Origin: Anaeramoeba ignava BMAN
Lineage: Eukaryota > Protista > Anaeramoebae
DNA: 64,000 bases
Assembly: GCA_028826165.1 (NCBI GenBank)
Contig: JAPDFW010000057.1
Span: 310,001 to 374,000 of the forward strand
Direction of reading: 5' to 3'
Positions within the stretch are counted from its first letter, which is position 1. Each line of letters starts with the position of its first letter. The notes beneath the pieces are model-generated. The model saw nothing but the letters and a program-made list of their open reading frames with translations, ran no database searches and had not been told where the DNA came from. The position numbers and the translations under genes are program-made. Positions 48,270 to 61,757 of this stretch are shown piece by piece.

Positions 48270-51200
48270 CTATTTACGACCAACTAAACGAGCTTTTCCC
48301 TAAAAAATAAAATTAAAAATAAAAATTAAAAAAAAAAATAAATAAAATTTGAAATGAATTAAAAATGGAAAAAAAAAAGTGGAACAAAAAAAATAATTAA
48401 AAAAATCCAAAATAAAACAAATTGAATCTAAATTGAGAAATAAAAAACAAATCAAAAAAATCAATGGAAAACAAACCTTGCCAGCTCTTGCGGGTTTCTG
48501 AAATTTCTTCTCTTTAACGACTGTTTTCTCAGGAGGATACAATTCAGCAATGAAAAAAGATTCATTAAAATCTTCCAAATCTCTGATTTCGATATTCTTC
48601 TTTGTAACAACACCAACATCACCAGCTTGATTCAAAGAAGCGGATTTTACGGTTGAGTAGAGCATTTTTTCTTTAACTTTGGCTGTATCAGGACACCAAA
48701 AGAAAAAAATTATTGGATCTTCACTTTTTCCTTTATTTTGATGTTTGAATCTAAAGAAAATATAAGAAGGATGAGCATCGTTGACTTTGTTCGGTAAATC
48801 GTTGAGAGAGACATCTCCTGCATCAAGTAATTCGATTGTTTCTTGAGATGTGTCAACTTGTAATTGAACGAAATTGATTGATTTGTTTAAAAGTTTCTTA
48901 AGATTTTCTGAAGAATCTGAAGAAATAGGGAAAGCAACAGAATGAACATAAGAACGGGTTTTGCTATCAACAACTTCTGCCAAACGTTCTTCCTTCTGTT
49001 GTAATTCTGCGTCGGTATATGGGAGCGATTCATAGGTTTCATTGCTTCTACGTTCGAGAATTGAATCCCAAGAAATGTCGTTAGGCTCAGTTGCATAAAT
49101 TTCGGTCATAAAATATCCTCCTCCAAGACTCTTTTTACAACTATCCCGTGTTGATGCATAGAGCATACGATCCTTTACTGTTGATCCGCTGGGTACAAAT
49201 ACAACAAAAACCCATTCATCTCCAAATGTTTTGTTTACTGTGTCTAATCTGTATAAAATGTAGCATGCTTTATTGTCTTTAATTTCTTCATGAATCAAAG
49301 CAAAATCACTTTCTTCGTCATTTTCAATATCTCTATTTCCAACTTCCGCGAGTTCCACTTTAATTATAAATTTTTTTAATTTTGAATTTAATTTTGAATT
49401 TAATTTTGAATTTAATATATAATTTTGAATTTTGAATTGAATTTTGAATTTAATTTTAAATTTAATTTTGAATTTAATATTGAATTTAATATTGAATTTA
49501 ATTTTGAATTTAATTTTGAATTTAATTTTAAATTTGAATTTTGAATTAATTTTGAATTTAATTTTCAATTTAATTTTTAATTTTAAATTTAATTTTGATT
49601 TTGAATTTAATTTTGAATTTTGAATTTAATTTTGAATTTAATTTTGAATTGAATTTTGTATTGAATTTTGTATTGAATTTAATTTTGAATTTATTTTTGA
49701 ATTTAATATTGAATTTAATATTGAATTTAATTTTGAATTTAATTTTGAATTTAATTTTGAATTTAATTTTGAATTTAATTTTGAATTTAATTTTGAATTT
49801 AATTTTAAATTTAATTTTGAATTTAATATTGAATTTAATTTTGAATTTAAATATTGAATTTTTAATTTTGAATTTAATTTTAATTTTGAATATTGAATTT
49901 AATTTTGAATTTAATATTGAATTTAATATATAATATTGAATTTAATATTGAATTTAATATTGAATTTAATATTGAATTTAATATTGAATTTAATTTTAAA
50001 TTTAATTTTGAATTTAATTTTGAATTTAATATTGAATTTAATATTGAATTTAATTTTGAATTTAATTTTGAATTTAATTTTGAATTTAATTTTGAATTTA
50101 ATTTTGAATTTAATATTGAATTTAATTTTGAATTTAATTTTAAATTTAATTTTGAATTTAATTTTGAATTTAATTTTAAATTTAATTTTGAATTTAATAT
50201 ATAATATTGAATTTAATATTGAATTTAATTTTGAATTTTGAATTTAATTTTGAATTTTGAATTTAATATTGATTTTAATTTTGAATTTAATTTTGAATTT
50301 AATTTTAAATTTAATTTTGAATTTAATTTTGAATTTAATATTGAATTTAATTTTGAATTTAATTTTGAATTTAATTTTAAATTTAATTTGAATTTTGAAT
50401 TTTGAATTTAATTTTAAATTTAATTTTGAATTTAATTTTGAATTTAATTTTAAATTTAATTTTGAATTTAATTTTGAATTTAATTTTGAATTTAATTTTG
50501 AATTTAATTTTAAATTTAATTTTGAATTTAATTTTGAATTTAATATTGAATATAATTTTGAATATAATTTTGAATTTTGAATTTAATATTGAATTTAATT
50601 TTAAATTTAATTTTGAATTTAATTTTGAATTTTGAATTTAATATTGAATTTAATATTGAATTTTGAATTTAATTTTGAATTTTGAATTTAATTTTGAATT
50701 TTGAATTTAATATTGATTTTAATTTTGAATTTGATTTTGAATTTAATTTTGAATTTTGAATTTAATTTTGAATTTAATTTTGTATTGAATTTAATTTTGT
50801 ATTGAATTTTGTATTGAATTTAATTTTGAATTTAATTTTAAATTTAATTTTGAATTTAATTTTGAATTTAATTTTGAATTTAATATTGAATTTAATATTG
50901 AATTTAATTTTGAATTTAATTTTGAATTTAATTTTGAATTTAATTTTGAATTTATTTTTGAATTTATTTTTGAATTTTGAATTTAAATTTGAATTTAATT
51001 TTAAATTTGATTTTAAATTTTTTGTGGAATTTTATTTAATCAAATTTTTATGATTTATTACTATTTTCAATTCTAATTTTAATAACTCTTTTGATTCTTT
51101 CATTTCTTGCTTGTCCAAAACTTTGAACTAATTCTTTTGAAGCTATTTTTTTTATTGAAAAAGAAAAAGAAAAAGAAAAGAAAAAAAAATTTTTTAAAAA

Positions 51201-51277
51201 AGAAAAAAAAAATTTTTTTATAAATTAAGAAATAAATTAATTAATAACGAACCACCAATTCCACTTGAATGAGACAT
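48270..51277 (-). CDS. TWF: Twinfilin (two ADF-H domains; 4 exons; 1704-bp intron 49358-51061)
   Basis: MSHSSGIG start, CYILYRLD, VKDRMLYASTR, CPDTAKVKEKMLYST, KFQKPAR..GKARL tail. Confidence 0.95.
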
Positions 51278-51418
51278 AATTTAATTAATTAATTAATTAA
51301 TCAAAACAAAATAGAAAATAAGGAAGAAGAAAAAAATGAAAAAAAAAATTTAAAATAATTTAAAAAAAAAAGCAAAAAAAACTTTTTCATTTTTTTCTTT
51401 TTTCTTTCTTTTTTTAAA

Positions 51419-52641
51419 ATGAATTTAAATTTAAATTTAAATGACCAACAAATTGTTATTGAAAATTTAATTGAAATTATTTATGATGGAATTTTAACAA
51501 AAAAACCAAATGAATCACAACCTTATATAAAATTTGGAGGAACTATTTTTACAGGAAGTTTTGATTATCATTCTTGTATTCATGCTTTTTTTTCTCTTTT
51601 TTCATCTTTCAATCACTTTTTCTTTGATGAAAAAAAAAATCCAAAATTTAAAGAAATCAAAGAATTTCTTCATTCACAATTTACAACTGAATCTATTCAA
51701 ATTGAGATTGATTTTCTTCAAAAAAATCCAAATTATGATGATTATGGACAAGCTTGGTTTTTATTATTAATTTCTGAATTAAAATGTTCCACTTTTTTCA
51801 AACCAAAAAATTCAAATGATTTTTTTCAAAAAATTGATATTCTTGAAAATTTGATTCGAAAGCATTTAATTGAATTATTAAATCAAGAACAATATATTTT
51901 TATTGGAAGTCATAATTCAGCATTATTTATGATTTTTTTGTGTTTAATATCTTGTTCAATTTATAAAAAAGATGATTTATCAAAATTTTTTATGCGAAAA
52001 AATCAAGAAAAAAAAATGAAAATCAAAATGAAAATGAAAATCAAAATCAAAATCAAAATCAAAATCAAAATCAAATTGAAAAACAAGAAAAAAATCAAAT
52101 TCAAGAAAAAAATGAAAATGAAAATGAAAAACAAGAAAAAAATGAAAATCAAAATTGGAAACAATTTTACAATCAATTAAATTCTATTTTCCTTCATATC
52201 TCTCAAAAAAACGAAAAAAAAATCCTCGAATTTGATTTAACAAAACAAAGTACTTATGATTTTGTTCATTTAAGAAATATTTACATTTCAATTCAACAAA
52301 TTGATGCTTATTTGCAATTTGATCCTGAAAAAAAAGAACAAAATTTTCCCAAAATTCAAAAATCATTCCCAATTTTTATTCCTCCAAAAAATTTACAAAT
52401 TAAATGGAATAATTGCCATTATCCTGGACTTATTTCTTCTGGAATTTATACTTATTGTTTGGATTTTTCACTTAAAATAATTCAATTTCCAAAAATGTCA
52501 ACTTTTCCAAAATGGAAAATTTTATTTCAAGAAAATATTTTGAATTATGAAGAAAGATGGAAAAAAGATTTTAGTTGCATTTCTCATTGGGTTCCTCAAT
52601 TTATTTATCTTGGAATATTATTAGGAAATTTAATGAATTGA
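51419..52641 (+). CDS. DUF2891-like protein, frameshifted around an EN/QN insert
   Basis: IFTGSFDYHSCIH, YGQAWFLLL, GSHNSALF, HYPGL, SHWVPQF resemble recalled DUF2891 motifs; split over ORFs 51419-52180 and 52312-52641. Confidence 0.6.
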
Positions 52642-52699
52642 GAAAAAAATTTTTTTTTGCTTTTTTTTTCCAATTTTTTTTTTCATTTTTTTCTTTTCA

Positions 52700-55600
52700 A
52701 TGAAAACAAATAAAAGCAAAAAATCACAACAAGAAAATTCATTTTTAAATAAACATGAAGATCAAATTAACAGTTTATCAGAATTAGCTAGAAATTTACA
52801 ATTTCTTTTTGAATCTAAAAAACAAGCTGATTTTCAACTAATTTGTGGAAAAAATAAAACGGTAATTGCTTGTCATAAATTTATTCTTAAAGCAAGATCA
52901 GAATATTTTGAACATTCTATTGGAAAAAATGAAAAAATAATGGAATTTGAACAATTTGAACCTGAACATTTAAACCAAGTTATTTCTTTTTTATATTCAA
53001 TTAATATTTCAATTACCGTTGAAAATTTTCAACAAATTTATAAAATTGCTTCATTTTTAAGATTATATGATTTGCAAACTGCAATTGAAAGAATTGCTTC
53101 TGATATTGTCAAGCAAGATATCTCAACTTTTTTTGATATTTATTTGCAGGCTTTTGAAATGGAATCTTATCAATTGTTTCAAGTTTGTCGAAATGAATTG
53201 ATTCAAAATTATGAACTTATTTTGCAAAATGATCAATTGATTTCCAGTTTATCTTCTCAAGAAATCCAAAGGTTTGGTAATTCAATTCATGATAATTCAG
53301 AAAAATTATTTCAAATTAAAGAAAGAATTTTGGAGAAATGGAAAAAAATGAAAGAAGAAAATCAATATCAAATTGAAAATGAAAATCAAGATCAAAATGA
53401 AATGAAAACTGAAAATGAAATGAAAACTGAAAATGAAATGAAAATTGAAAATGAAATGAAAATTGAAAATGAAATTGAAAATAAAAATGAAAATCAAAAT
53501 GAAATTGAAAATCAAACTGAAAATCAAAATGAAAATCAAAACCAAAAAGAAATTGAAAATCAAATTGAAATTGAAAATAAAAATCAAAATCAAAATGAAA
53601 TTGAAACTAAAACTCAAAATAAAAATGAAAATGAAAATAAAAATAAAAATCAAAATAAAATTGGAATTGAAAATAAAATTAAAAATCAAATTGAAACTGA
53701 AACTCAAATTGAAATTAAAACTCAAAATCAAAATCAAATTGAAATTGAAAATAAAAATCAAAATAAAATTGAAACTGAAACTCAAAATCAAATTGAAATT
53801 GAAAATAAAAATCAAAATAAAATTGAAACTGAAACTCAAAATCAAATTGAAATTGAAACTGAAATTGAAAATAAAACTCAAAATCAAAATCAAATTCAAA
53901 ATCAAAATAAAAATAAAATTGAAATTAAAACTCAAAATAAAAATCAAATTGAAATTGAAAATAAAAATCAAAATAAAATTAAAACTCAAAATCAAATTGA
54001 AACTGAAAATCAAATTCAAAATCAAATTCAAAATCAAATTGAAACTGAAAATCAAATTCAAAATCAAATTCAAAATCAAATTGAAACTGAAAATCAAATT
54101 CAAAATCAAATTAAAACTCAAAATCAAAATCAAATTCAAAATCAAATTAAAACTCAAAATCAAAATCAAAATCAAAATCAAAATCAAAATCAAAATGAAA
54201 TTGAAATTGAAATTGAAAATGAAAATCAAATTAAAAATAAAAATCAAAAAGAAATTCAAATTCAAATTCAAAATAAAAATTCAAATAGAAATTCGAAGAA
54301 AAACCTTAAAATTCTAAATAAAAATCAAAAAGAAATTGAAATAAAAATTCAAAATCAAAATCAAAATCAAAATAAAACTCAAAATTGAGAATCAATATCA
54401 AATTCAAAATCAAAATAAAATTGAAATTCAAAATCAAAATCAAAATAAAATTGAAAATACAGTTAAAATGGATGAAGAAAATACAAATACAAATACGAAT
54501 ACAAATCAATATCAAAATCAAAATCAAAATCAAAATCAAAATCAAAATCAAAATAAAATTGAAAATCAAAATCAAAAATCAAAATCAAAATCAAAATCAA
54601 AATCAAAATCAAATTGAAATGAAAATCGAAAATAAAATTAAAAATAAAAATCAAAATCAAAATCAAAATGAAAATCAAAATCAAAATGAAAATCAAAATC
54701 AAATTGAAATTGAAAATGAAAATCAAATTAAAAATAAAAATCAAAAAGAAATTCAAATTCAAATTCAAAATAAAAATTCAAATAGAAATTCGAAGAAAAA
54801 CCTTAAAATTCTAAATAAAAATCAAAAAGAAATTGAAATAAAAATTCAAAATCAAAATCAAAATCAAAATCAAAATAAAATTAAAAATACAGTTAAAATG
54901 GATGAAGAAAATACAAATACAAATACAAATACAAATCAAAATCAAAATCAAATTCAAAATCAAATTCAAAATAAAAATCAAAATCAAATTAAAAATCAAA
55001 TTCAAAATTCAATTCAAAATCAAAATCAAAACCAAAATCAAAATGTATTGAGAAAAGAAATTGGACTCAAAATTCCAAATATAAATAAAATTCCAAAACA
55101 AAAACAAATTCAAAATCAAAAATCAATTCAAAAACCAATTCAAAATCAAAATCAAAAACAAATTACAATTCAAAAATCAATTCAAAAACCAATTCAAAAT
55201 CAAAATCAAAAACCAATTACAAATCAAAATCAAAAACCAATTCAAAATCAAAATCAAAATCAAAAACCAATTCCAATTCAAAAACCAATTCAAAAACCAA
55301 TTCAAAAACCAATTACAAATCAAAATCAAATACAAATCAAAAATTCAAAAAAATTCAAAAACAAATTCAAAATCAAAATTACAAAATCAAATTCAAAACC
55401 AATTACAAATCAAAACCAAAAACCAATTACAAATCAAATTCAAAAACCAATTCAAAAACCAATTATAAATCAAAATCAAAATCAAATTCAAAAATCAATT
55501 ACAAATCAAAATCAAAACAAATTCAAAAACCAATTACAAATCAAAATCAAAATCAAATTCAAAAACCAATTACAAATCAAAATCAAAAACCAATTCAAAA

Positions 55601-56777
55601 ATCAATTCAAAAATCAATTACAAATCAAATTCAAAAACCAATTCAAAAACCAATTCAAAAACCAATTCAAAAACCAAATTCAAATCAAAATTCAAAAACA
55701 ATTCAAAACCAAATCAAATTCAAAAACCAAATCAATTCAAAAATCAAATTCAAATTCAAAACCAAATTCAAAAACCAATTCAAAATCAAATTCAAAAAAA
55801 ATTAAAATTAAAAAACCAATCAAAAACCAAATTCAAAAATCAAAATCAAATTCAAAAATCAATTCAAAAAAATCAAATTCAAAATCAAAATCAAATTCAA
55901 AAACCAATTCAAAAATCAAAACCAATTCAAAATCCAATTATAAATCAAAATCAAAAACCAATTCAAAATCAAATTCAAAAACCAATTCAAAATCAAAAAC
56001 CAATTCAAAATCAAAAACCAATTCAAATTCAAAAACCAATTCAAAATCAAAATCAAAAACAAAATCAAAATCAAAATCAAAATCAAAAATCAATTCAAAA
56101 TCAAAATCAAAATCAAAATCAAAATCAAAATCAAAATCAAAATCAAATTCAAAATCAAATTCAAAAATCAAAATCAATTCAAAATCAAATTCAAATTCAA
56201 AATCAAATTGAAAATCAAAATCAAAATTTAAATCAAATTAAAGCATTTATCGAAAGAATTGAAAATTTTCCAGATAACCCAAAAATTTGTAAAAATGTTA
56301 TTCAAAGTTGTTATTATTTAGTCAAAACTAATACAGGTAAATTTGCAAATTTTGATTTAAAATTAATTAATTTTATTTAATTTTTTAAATTTAATTTTTT
56401 AATGAAAGAATTATCAAAAATTTGTATCAAAATGAATTTTATTGAAATGATTATTAAAATAATGAGAAAATTTCTTGATGATCCAAAAATTTCTTTCTGG
56501 AGTTTTAAATTATTATTTATTTTTCTTAAATTCAATCAAGGTAAAAAATTTTGATAATTTTAAAAGAAATGATAAACAAAAATAATTAAATTTTAAATTA
56601 AAACTTTTTAATTCTAAAAAAAAAAAATTTAAAGAGAAAAATATTATTCAAAAAATGAACAATATTCTTCGAAAAGAAGATTTTGAAAATGCAAAAAAGA
56701 AGAACAAAAAATCACAAAAGATTATTGAAAAATTTTTGAATTTGTTTGAATATTTGAAAAAGAACCAAGAAAAATAA
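52700..56777 (+). CDS. BTB/BACK protein with about 3 kb of QN/QKPI low-complexity sequence and a helical C-terminus (two short 3' introns; frameshifts)
   Basis: ADFQLICG...CHKFILKARSEYF...FLYS; C-terminal exons at about 56230-56336, 56409-56540 and 56635-56777 joined by GT-AG introns. Confidence 0.72.
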
Positions 56778-56868
56778 CTGATAAAATATTTCTTCTTCTA
56801 AATCTTTTTAAATAAATTTTTTTAAATTTTTTTTTTTGATTATATTCATAAAATAAAATGGAAGAAAA

Positions 56869-59506
56869 TCAACGAAAAACAGTAAAAAGAGTTATCATTG
56901 TAATAATTAAACCAATAGCCAAAATATTATTAAGATTTCTATAAAGAAAAGAACGAAATTTTGATTTTGGATGTTGAGAATTAGTATTTTGGAAGGAATC
57001 ATAATCATAATTATTTTTAGAATTATTATTTTGATTATTATTTTGATTATTATCAATATTCGAGTGAATAACATCATCAGAAGTAAGAAGAGATTGTTTT
57101 TCAAGGTTATCATTTTCTGAATTAACAACAAGAGGTTGATTTTGATTTTCTTTTTTTGAATCTTTTTGATTTTGATTTTCTTTTAAATCATTTTCTTCAT
57201 TTGATTTATTTTCATTATTTAAATCATTTAAATCACTTTCTTGTTTGAAATCATTTAAATCACTTTCTTGTTTGAAATCATTTGAATCACTTTCTTGTTT
57301 GAAATCATTTGATTTATTTTCATCATCACTTAATTTCTCATGAAGAACACTATTCCTTTCAGAATTATCAATCAAAGGCTGAGAATTCTTAGTTTTCCAA
57401 GTGAAACCAATAATTTTTTCTTTTGGAGGAGGTTTTGAAAGTAAACTGATAACAACAATCAAAAAAGAAGAAATAAGAAACGAAATGGCAGCAAAATAAA
57501 GATAATTAATCTTAACAAAGACATGAGAGAAAGGATGTTTAGAAGAATCAATAGAAGAACCACTAGTAGCAGCTTCAGCAATAAGACGAACCATACCAAT
57601 AAAACAACCGAAATAAAGGGAAACTGAAGCGGCTAAATTATTAGTCCTTTGCCAGAAGAACCCAGCGAACATAACAGCAGTGAAAGGGGGAGCGAGATAA
57701 GCAGCCACTTTATTGATAGAGATGAAGAGCTGGTCAGAAACTCGAGGGATGACTGGGATCCACAATATCGAAAGGAGAACAATGACGGAACCTGAGAGCT
57801 TCCCGACAATCAAAAGTTCTCTTTCAGAAGCCTTTGGTCGGATCTTTCTTTGATATATATCATAGGTAACAAGTGTCGAGCTTGAATTGAAGATGGAGGC
57901 GAGGGATGACATCAACGCTGAGAGAATTCCAGCAAGAATTAAACCGAGCACACCATGTGGCATCAATTTTGTCAAAAGCATTGGAAACGCAATATTTGGA
58001 TTATCATTCACATCCTTTGGATAAAGCGCTCGTGCAATCATCCCCGGAAGCACCAGCATGAACATGGGAAGTATCTTCAGATATCCTGAGGCAACACATC
58101 CGGATTTTGCGTGGGAAAGATTTTTCGCAGCAAGAACTCTTTGCACAATCAATTGGTCAACACACCAGTAGAAAATCGATGAAGCTGGCATGCAGATTGT
58201 TCCTGGCCAAGGAATGTCTTCATTATTACGTGAGGCAAAGATGTGAAAAAAACTGTCAGGAACGTTAGGATTTTCTTTTAAACCAGAAAACCCGCCAACC
58301 TTTTTTAGTCCAACGCCAACCGTTGTGAGTCCGCCAACCACAAGAAGCACTGTCTGGAATGTTTCTGTCCATATCACGCTTTTCAATCCTCCGAGGATGG
58401 AGTAGACTGCTGTGATGAGGAGAAGAACTATAGCGGAAACGTAAAAATTCCATCCGAGAACTAAATTAAATATAACGCTCCCGGCATATAATGTTGCTGA
58501 GATTTTCGTTAATATGTAAAGCAATAGGCAGATTATTGTAAGGAATATTCGACTCCCTGTTGAAAATCTCTTCTCTAGATACTCAGGTGTTGTTGCACAT
58601 CTTGATGATAAATACATTGGTGTGAAAATCCATCCAAGTAATAATAATATTAATGTTGCTTCCCATTCAAACATCCCTTTATTTTCATTTTGAATTTAAT
58701 TTTGATTTTCATTTTGAATTTAATTTTGATTTTAATTTTTAATTTTAATTTTAATTTTGATTTTAATTTTGATTTTGATTTTAATTTTAATTTTAATTTT
58801 GATTTTGATTTTGATTTTGATTTTGATTTTTAATTTTGATTTTGATTTTAATTTTAATTTTAATTTTGATTTTGATTTTAATTTTGATTTTGATTTTAAT
58901 TTTGATTTTTAATTTTAATTTTGATTTTAATTTTGATTTTAATTTTGATTTTAATTTTGATTTTAATTTTAATTTTAATTTTAATTTTAATTTTGATTTT
59001 GATTTTGATTTTGATTTTGATTTTTGATTTTAATTTTGATTTTAATTTTGATTTTGATTTTAATTTTGATTTTAATTTTGATTTTAATTTTAATTTTAAT
59101 TTTAATTTTAATTTTGATTTTGATTTTGATTTTGATTTTAATTTTGATTTTATATTTATATTTATGTTTATATTTATATTTATATTTATATTTATATTTA
59201 TATTTATATTTATATTTATATTTATATTTGATTTTGATTTTAATTGAAATTACCAATCGAAAGTCCATCTTGAGAAGCTGAACCAGCAAGACCAATAAAA
59301 TGTTCAGCTCCAACATTTGAAGAATAAATACTTCCAGCAATTGCATACCAAACAGCAGAATGACCTGCAAGAAAATATGTTTCCGAATCACTTGTTTTTG
59401 AACTTCCTCGTTTTTTTCTCATTGCAATAAATGATATTGTAAATAAAATCAAAAAATAAACTAAAAGAACAAAAATATCAACCCAATTAAGTCCGACTTT
59501 TTCCAT
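56869..59506 (-). CDS. Sodium:solute symporter, SLC5 (SGLT/SMIT-like; intron 58677-59253)
   Basis: YFLAG, SNVGAEHFIGLAGS, FEW, PEYLEKRF, GGLKSVIWTE, YWCVDQLIVQRVLAAK, SALMSSLASIFNSSSTL. Confidence 0.95.
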
Positions 59507-59812
59507 ATTTAAATAAAACTGAAATAATATTTATTATTAATGAAAAAATGAAAAAATGAAAAAATGAATTTTTGATTTTTAATTTTTAATTTTTAATTTT
59601 TGGATTGGGGGAGTTTAATTGTTTAACTAGACGAACAAAATCTTTTTTTGATTTTTAATTTTGATTTTGCTTATTAAATTTATTAATTAATAAATCAAAT
59701 TTTAATTTTTTTTAATTTTGTTTGATTTAATTGAAAATAATCAATTCTAATTTTAATTTTAATTTTAATTTTAATTTTGATTTTAAATTTAAATTTAATT
59801 TTAATTTTAATT

Positions 59813-61594
59813 TTAATTTTGATTTTGATTATTAAATTTATTAATTAATAAATCAAATAAATTTGGATTTGTTTGATTTAATTGAAAATAATCAATTCCA
59901 ATTTTAATTTCATCAATTATTTCTTGTGTAATTTCAATTCCATCTTTAATTTGATTTGAATAAATCCAATATTCAAATATCTGAAATGATTCATTACTTA
60001 ATTCACTATAATCTGTAACTTTATTTGATTCATCTTCAGTTACAGATAAAAACATTCCTCGATATAATTCACTTCTCATTATTAATATTAATTTAGGAAA
60101 TTTATATTGTTTTTCTTTTCTTTCAATTATAAAATCTTTTTCATTTTCATTTTCAAATAACTCTTTCATTGTTTCTTCTATTGATCCAAATAAATTGAAT
60201 TCAATTTCAATTTCAGAATACAATTTTGGATTTATTATTCTATTTGAATAAATCATTTCAAATATTTGATTTGATTCTTTAATTGATTTTTTTGAAATAA
60301 TTTCTTTAAGTTTTTCAATTTGATTTTCATCATATCCGATTATAGTTTGCAATATTAATTTATGAGCTTTGATTATTTCTCCATTTTCTGTTTTAAATGA
60401 AATATCACAAAATTCTTTTCTTCTAAATAGTTTTATCAAATCTTCTTCAAGATTGGAAAAAGAAGAAAGAAAAGGAGAATAATAAAGAAATGATTTGCTT
60501 TCTCCTCCACAAAGAACATGGTAATTAGAAATATTTTCATTAAATCTTAATTTAGGAAGTTCAATTTGAATTGGAATTAATTTATGTTTTATATCTCCAG
60601 TTCCTAATTGACCAAAATCATTATTTCCAAATCCAAACAATTTCCTTTTAGTTGTTAAAATCAAAGTATGGTTATATCCAACAGAAAAATCAAGAATATT
60701 ATCATTCCCAAATAAATGTGGTTTGATTTCAGTAAATTCATAAATATTTTGATATTTGCCAAGTCCATTTAATTGAGCATTTCCACATGAATAAAGTTTT
60801 CTTTTTGGATTTTCATTTTCATTTTCATTTTCAATCAACATTATTGAATAAGCACCTCCACATTGAATATCAATTATTTTACCTTTTGGAATATTTTGGA
60901 TTTTGGTTAATTTTTGGATTTTTGTTTCTTCTGTTCTTGATACTCCTAATCCAAGTTGACCATTTTGATTATATCCGCATCCAAATAATTCTTGATTTGA
61001 ATTTAAAAGAAAAACATGATTTGAAGAATTTCCTGAAAATATTTTAGAAACATTTTTCATCATTAAAATTGGTTTTTCTGTTTCTTTTAGTGTTTCAGAA
61101 TCAAAACCAAGTTGACCATAAAAATTACCACCAATTCCATAAGCATTATGATTTGAAGTTAATAAATAAATTGAACTAAATCCAGAAGCAATATCTTGAA
61201 TTATTCTATCATTTGGATCCTTAATTAATGATGAAATATTGATAAACTTCTTTGTATTTCTTGGATTAATCTTAACTCCTTTGGCAAATACATTTCCTTC
61301 TATTGTTAAAATAGCTTTATTTTGCAAACCAGGAGCTATTTTTTGAATATTTTCAATTGGAATTTTTTCAGGATTTTGATTTGAATCATTTCTATTTATA
61401 TATTCTATTGCTTTTCCATTTGTAAAAAGGAAAATTGTTGAATAACGACTTGATGAAATTTGTTTAATTTGTTTTTCATTTTCATTTTCTTTTTCATTTT
61501 CAAATTTAAATTGAATTGGTTTTGTTATTATATTTGGTTCATTTTCGATAAGTTTTGGTAATTGATTTCTTCCAAAAAATAAACAATCATTCAT
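59813..61594 (-). CDS. RCC1-repeat + BTB protein (intact paralog of 409-2195)
   Basis: 593-aa ORF; GQLG RCC1 repeats; FCDISF...AHKLIL BTB. Confidence 0.88.
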   Translation of the reverse strand: MNDCLFFGRNQLPKLIENEPNIITKPIQFKFENEKENENEKQIKQISSSRYSTIFLFTNGKAIEYINRNDSNQNPEKIPIENIQKIAPGLQNKAILTIEGNVFAKGVKINPRNTKKFINISSLIKDPNDRIIQDIASGFSSIYLLTSNHNAYGIGGNFYGQLGFDSETLKETEKPILMMKNVSKIFSGNSSNHVFLLNSNQELFGCGYNQNGQLGLGVSRTEETKIQKLTKIQNIPKGKIIDIQCGGAYSIMLIENENENENPKRKLYSCGNAQLNGLGKYQNIYEFTEIKPHLFGNDNILDFSVGYNHTLILTTKRKLFGFGNNDFGQLGTGDIKHKLIPIQIELPKLRFNENISNYHVLCGGESKSFLYYSPFLSSFSNLEEDLIKLFRRKEFCDISFKTENGEIIKAHKLILQTIIGYDENQIEKLKEIISKKSIKESNQIFEMIYSNRIINPKLYSEIEIEFNLFGSIEETMKELFENENEKDFIIERKEKQYKFPKLILIMRSELYRGMFLSVTEDESNKVTDYSELSNESFQIFEYWIYSNQIKDGIEITQEIIDEIKIGIDYFQLNQTNPNLFDLLINKFNNQNQN

Positions 61595-61757
61595 TTTTAA
61601 AAAATAAAAAAATGAAAAAAATGAAAAAATGAAAAAAAAAATTTTAATTTTGATCGTTATTTTTCTTTTTTTATTTTTCCTTTTTTTATTTTTCTTTTCT
61701 CAATTTTCCTTTTTTTATTTTTCCTTTACTTTATTTTATTTTATTTTTCTTTTTTTG

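Noticed and set aside
45011-51053. Many ORFs of LNLI, FDFD, ILIL or KIKI type
   Set aside because: They are translations of intronic or antisense 6/12-bp microsatellites, not genes.
59601-59640. GGGGGAGTTTAATTGTTTAAC resembling the element's left end
   Set aside because: No flanking TTAA and no partner end; too short to support.
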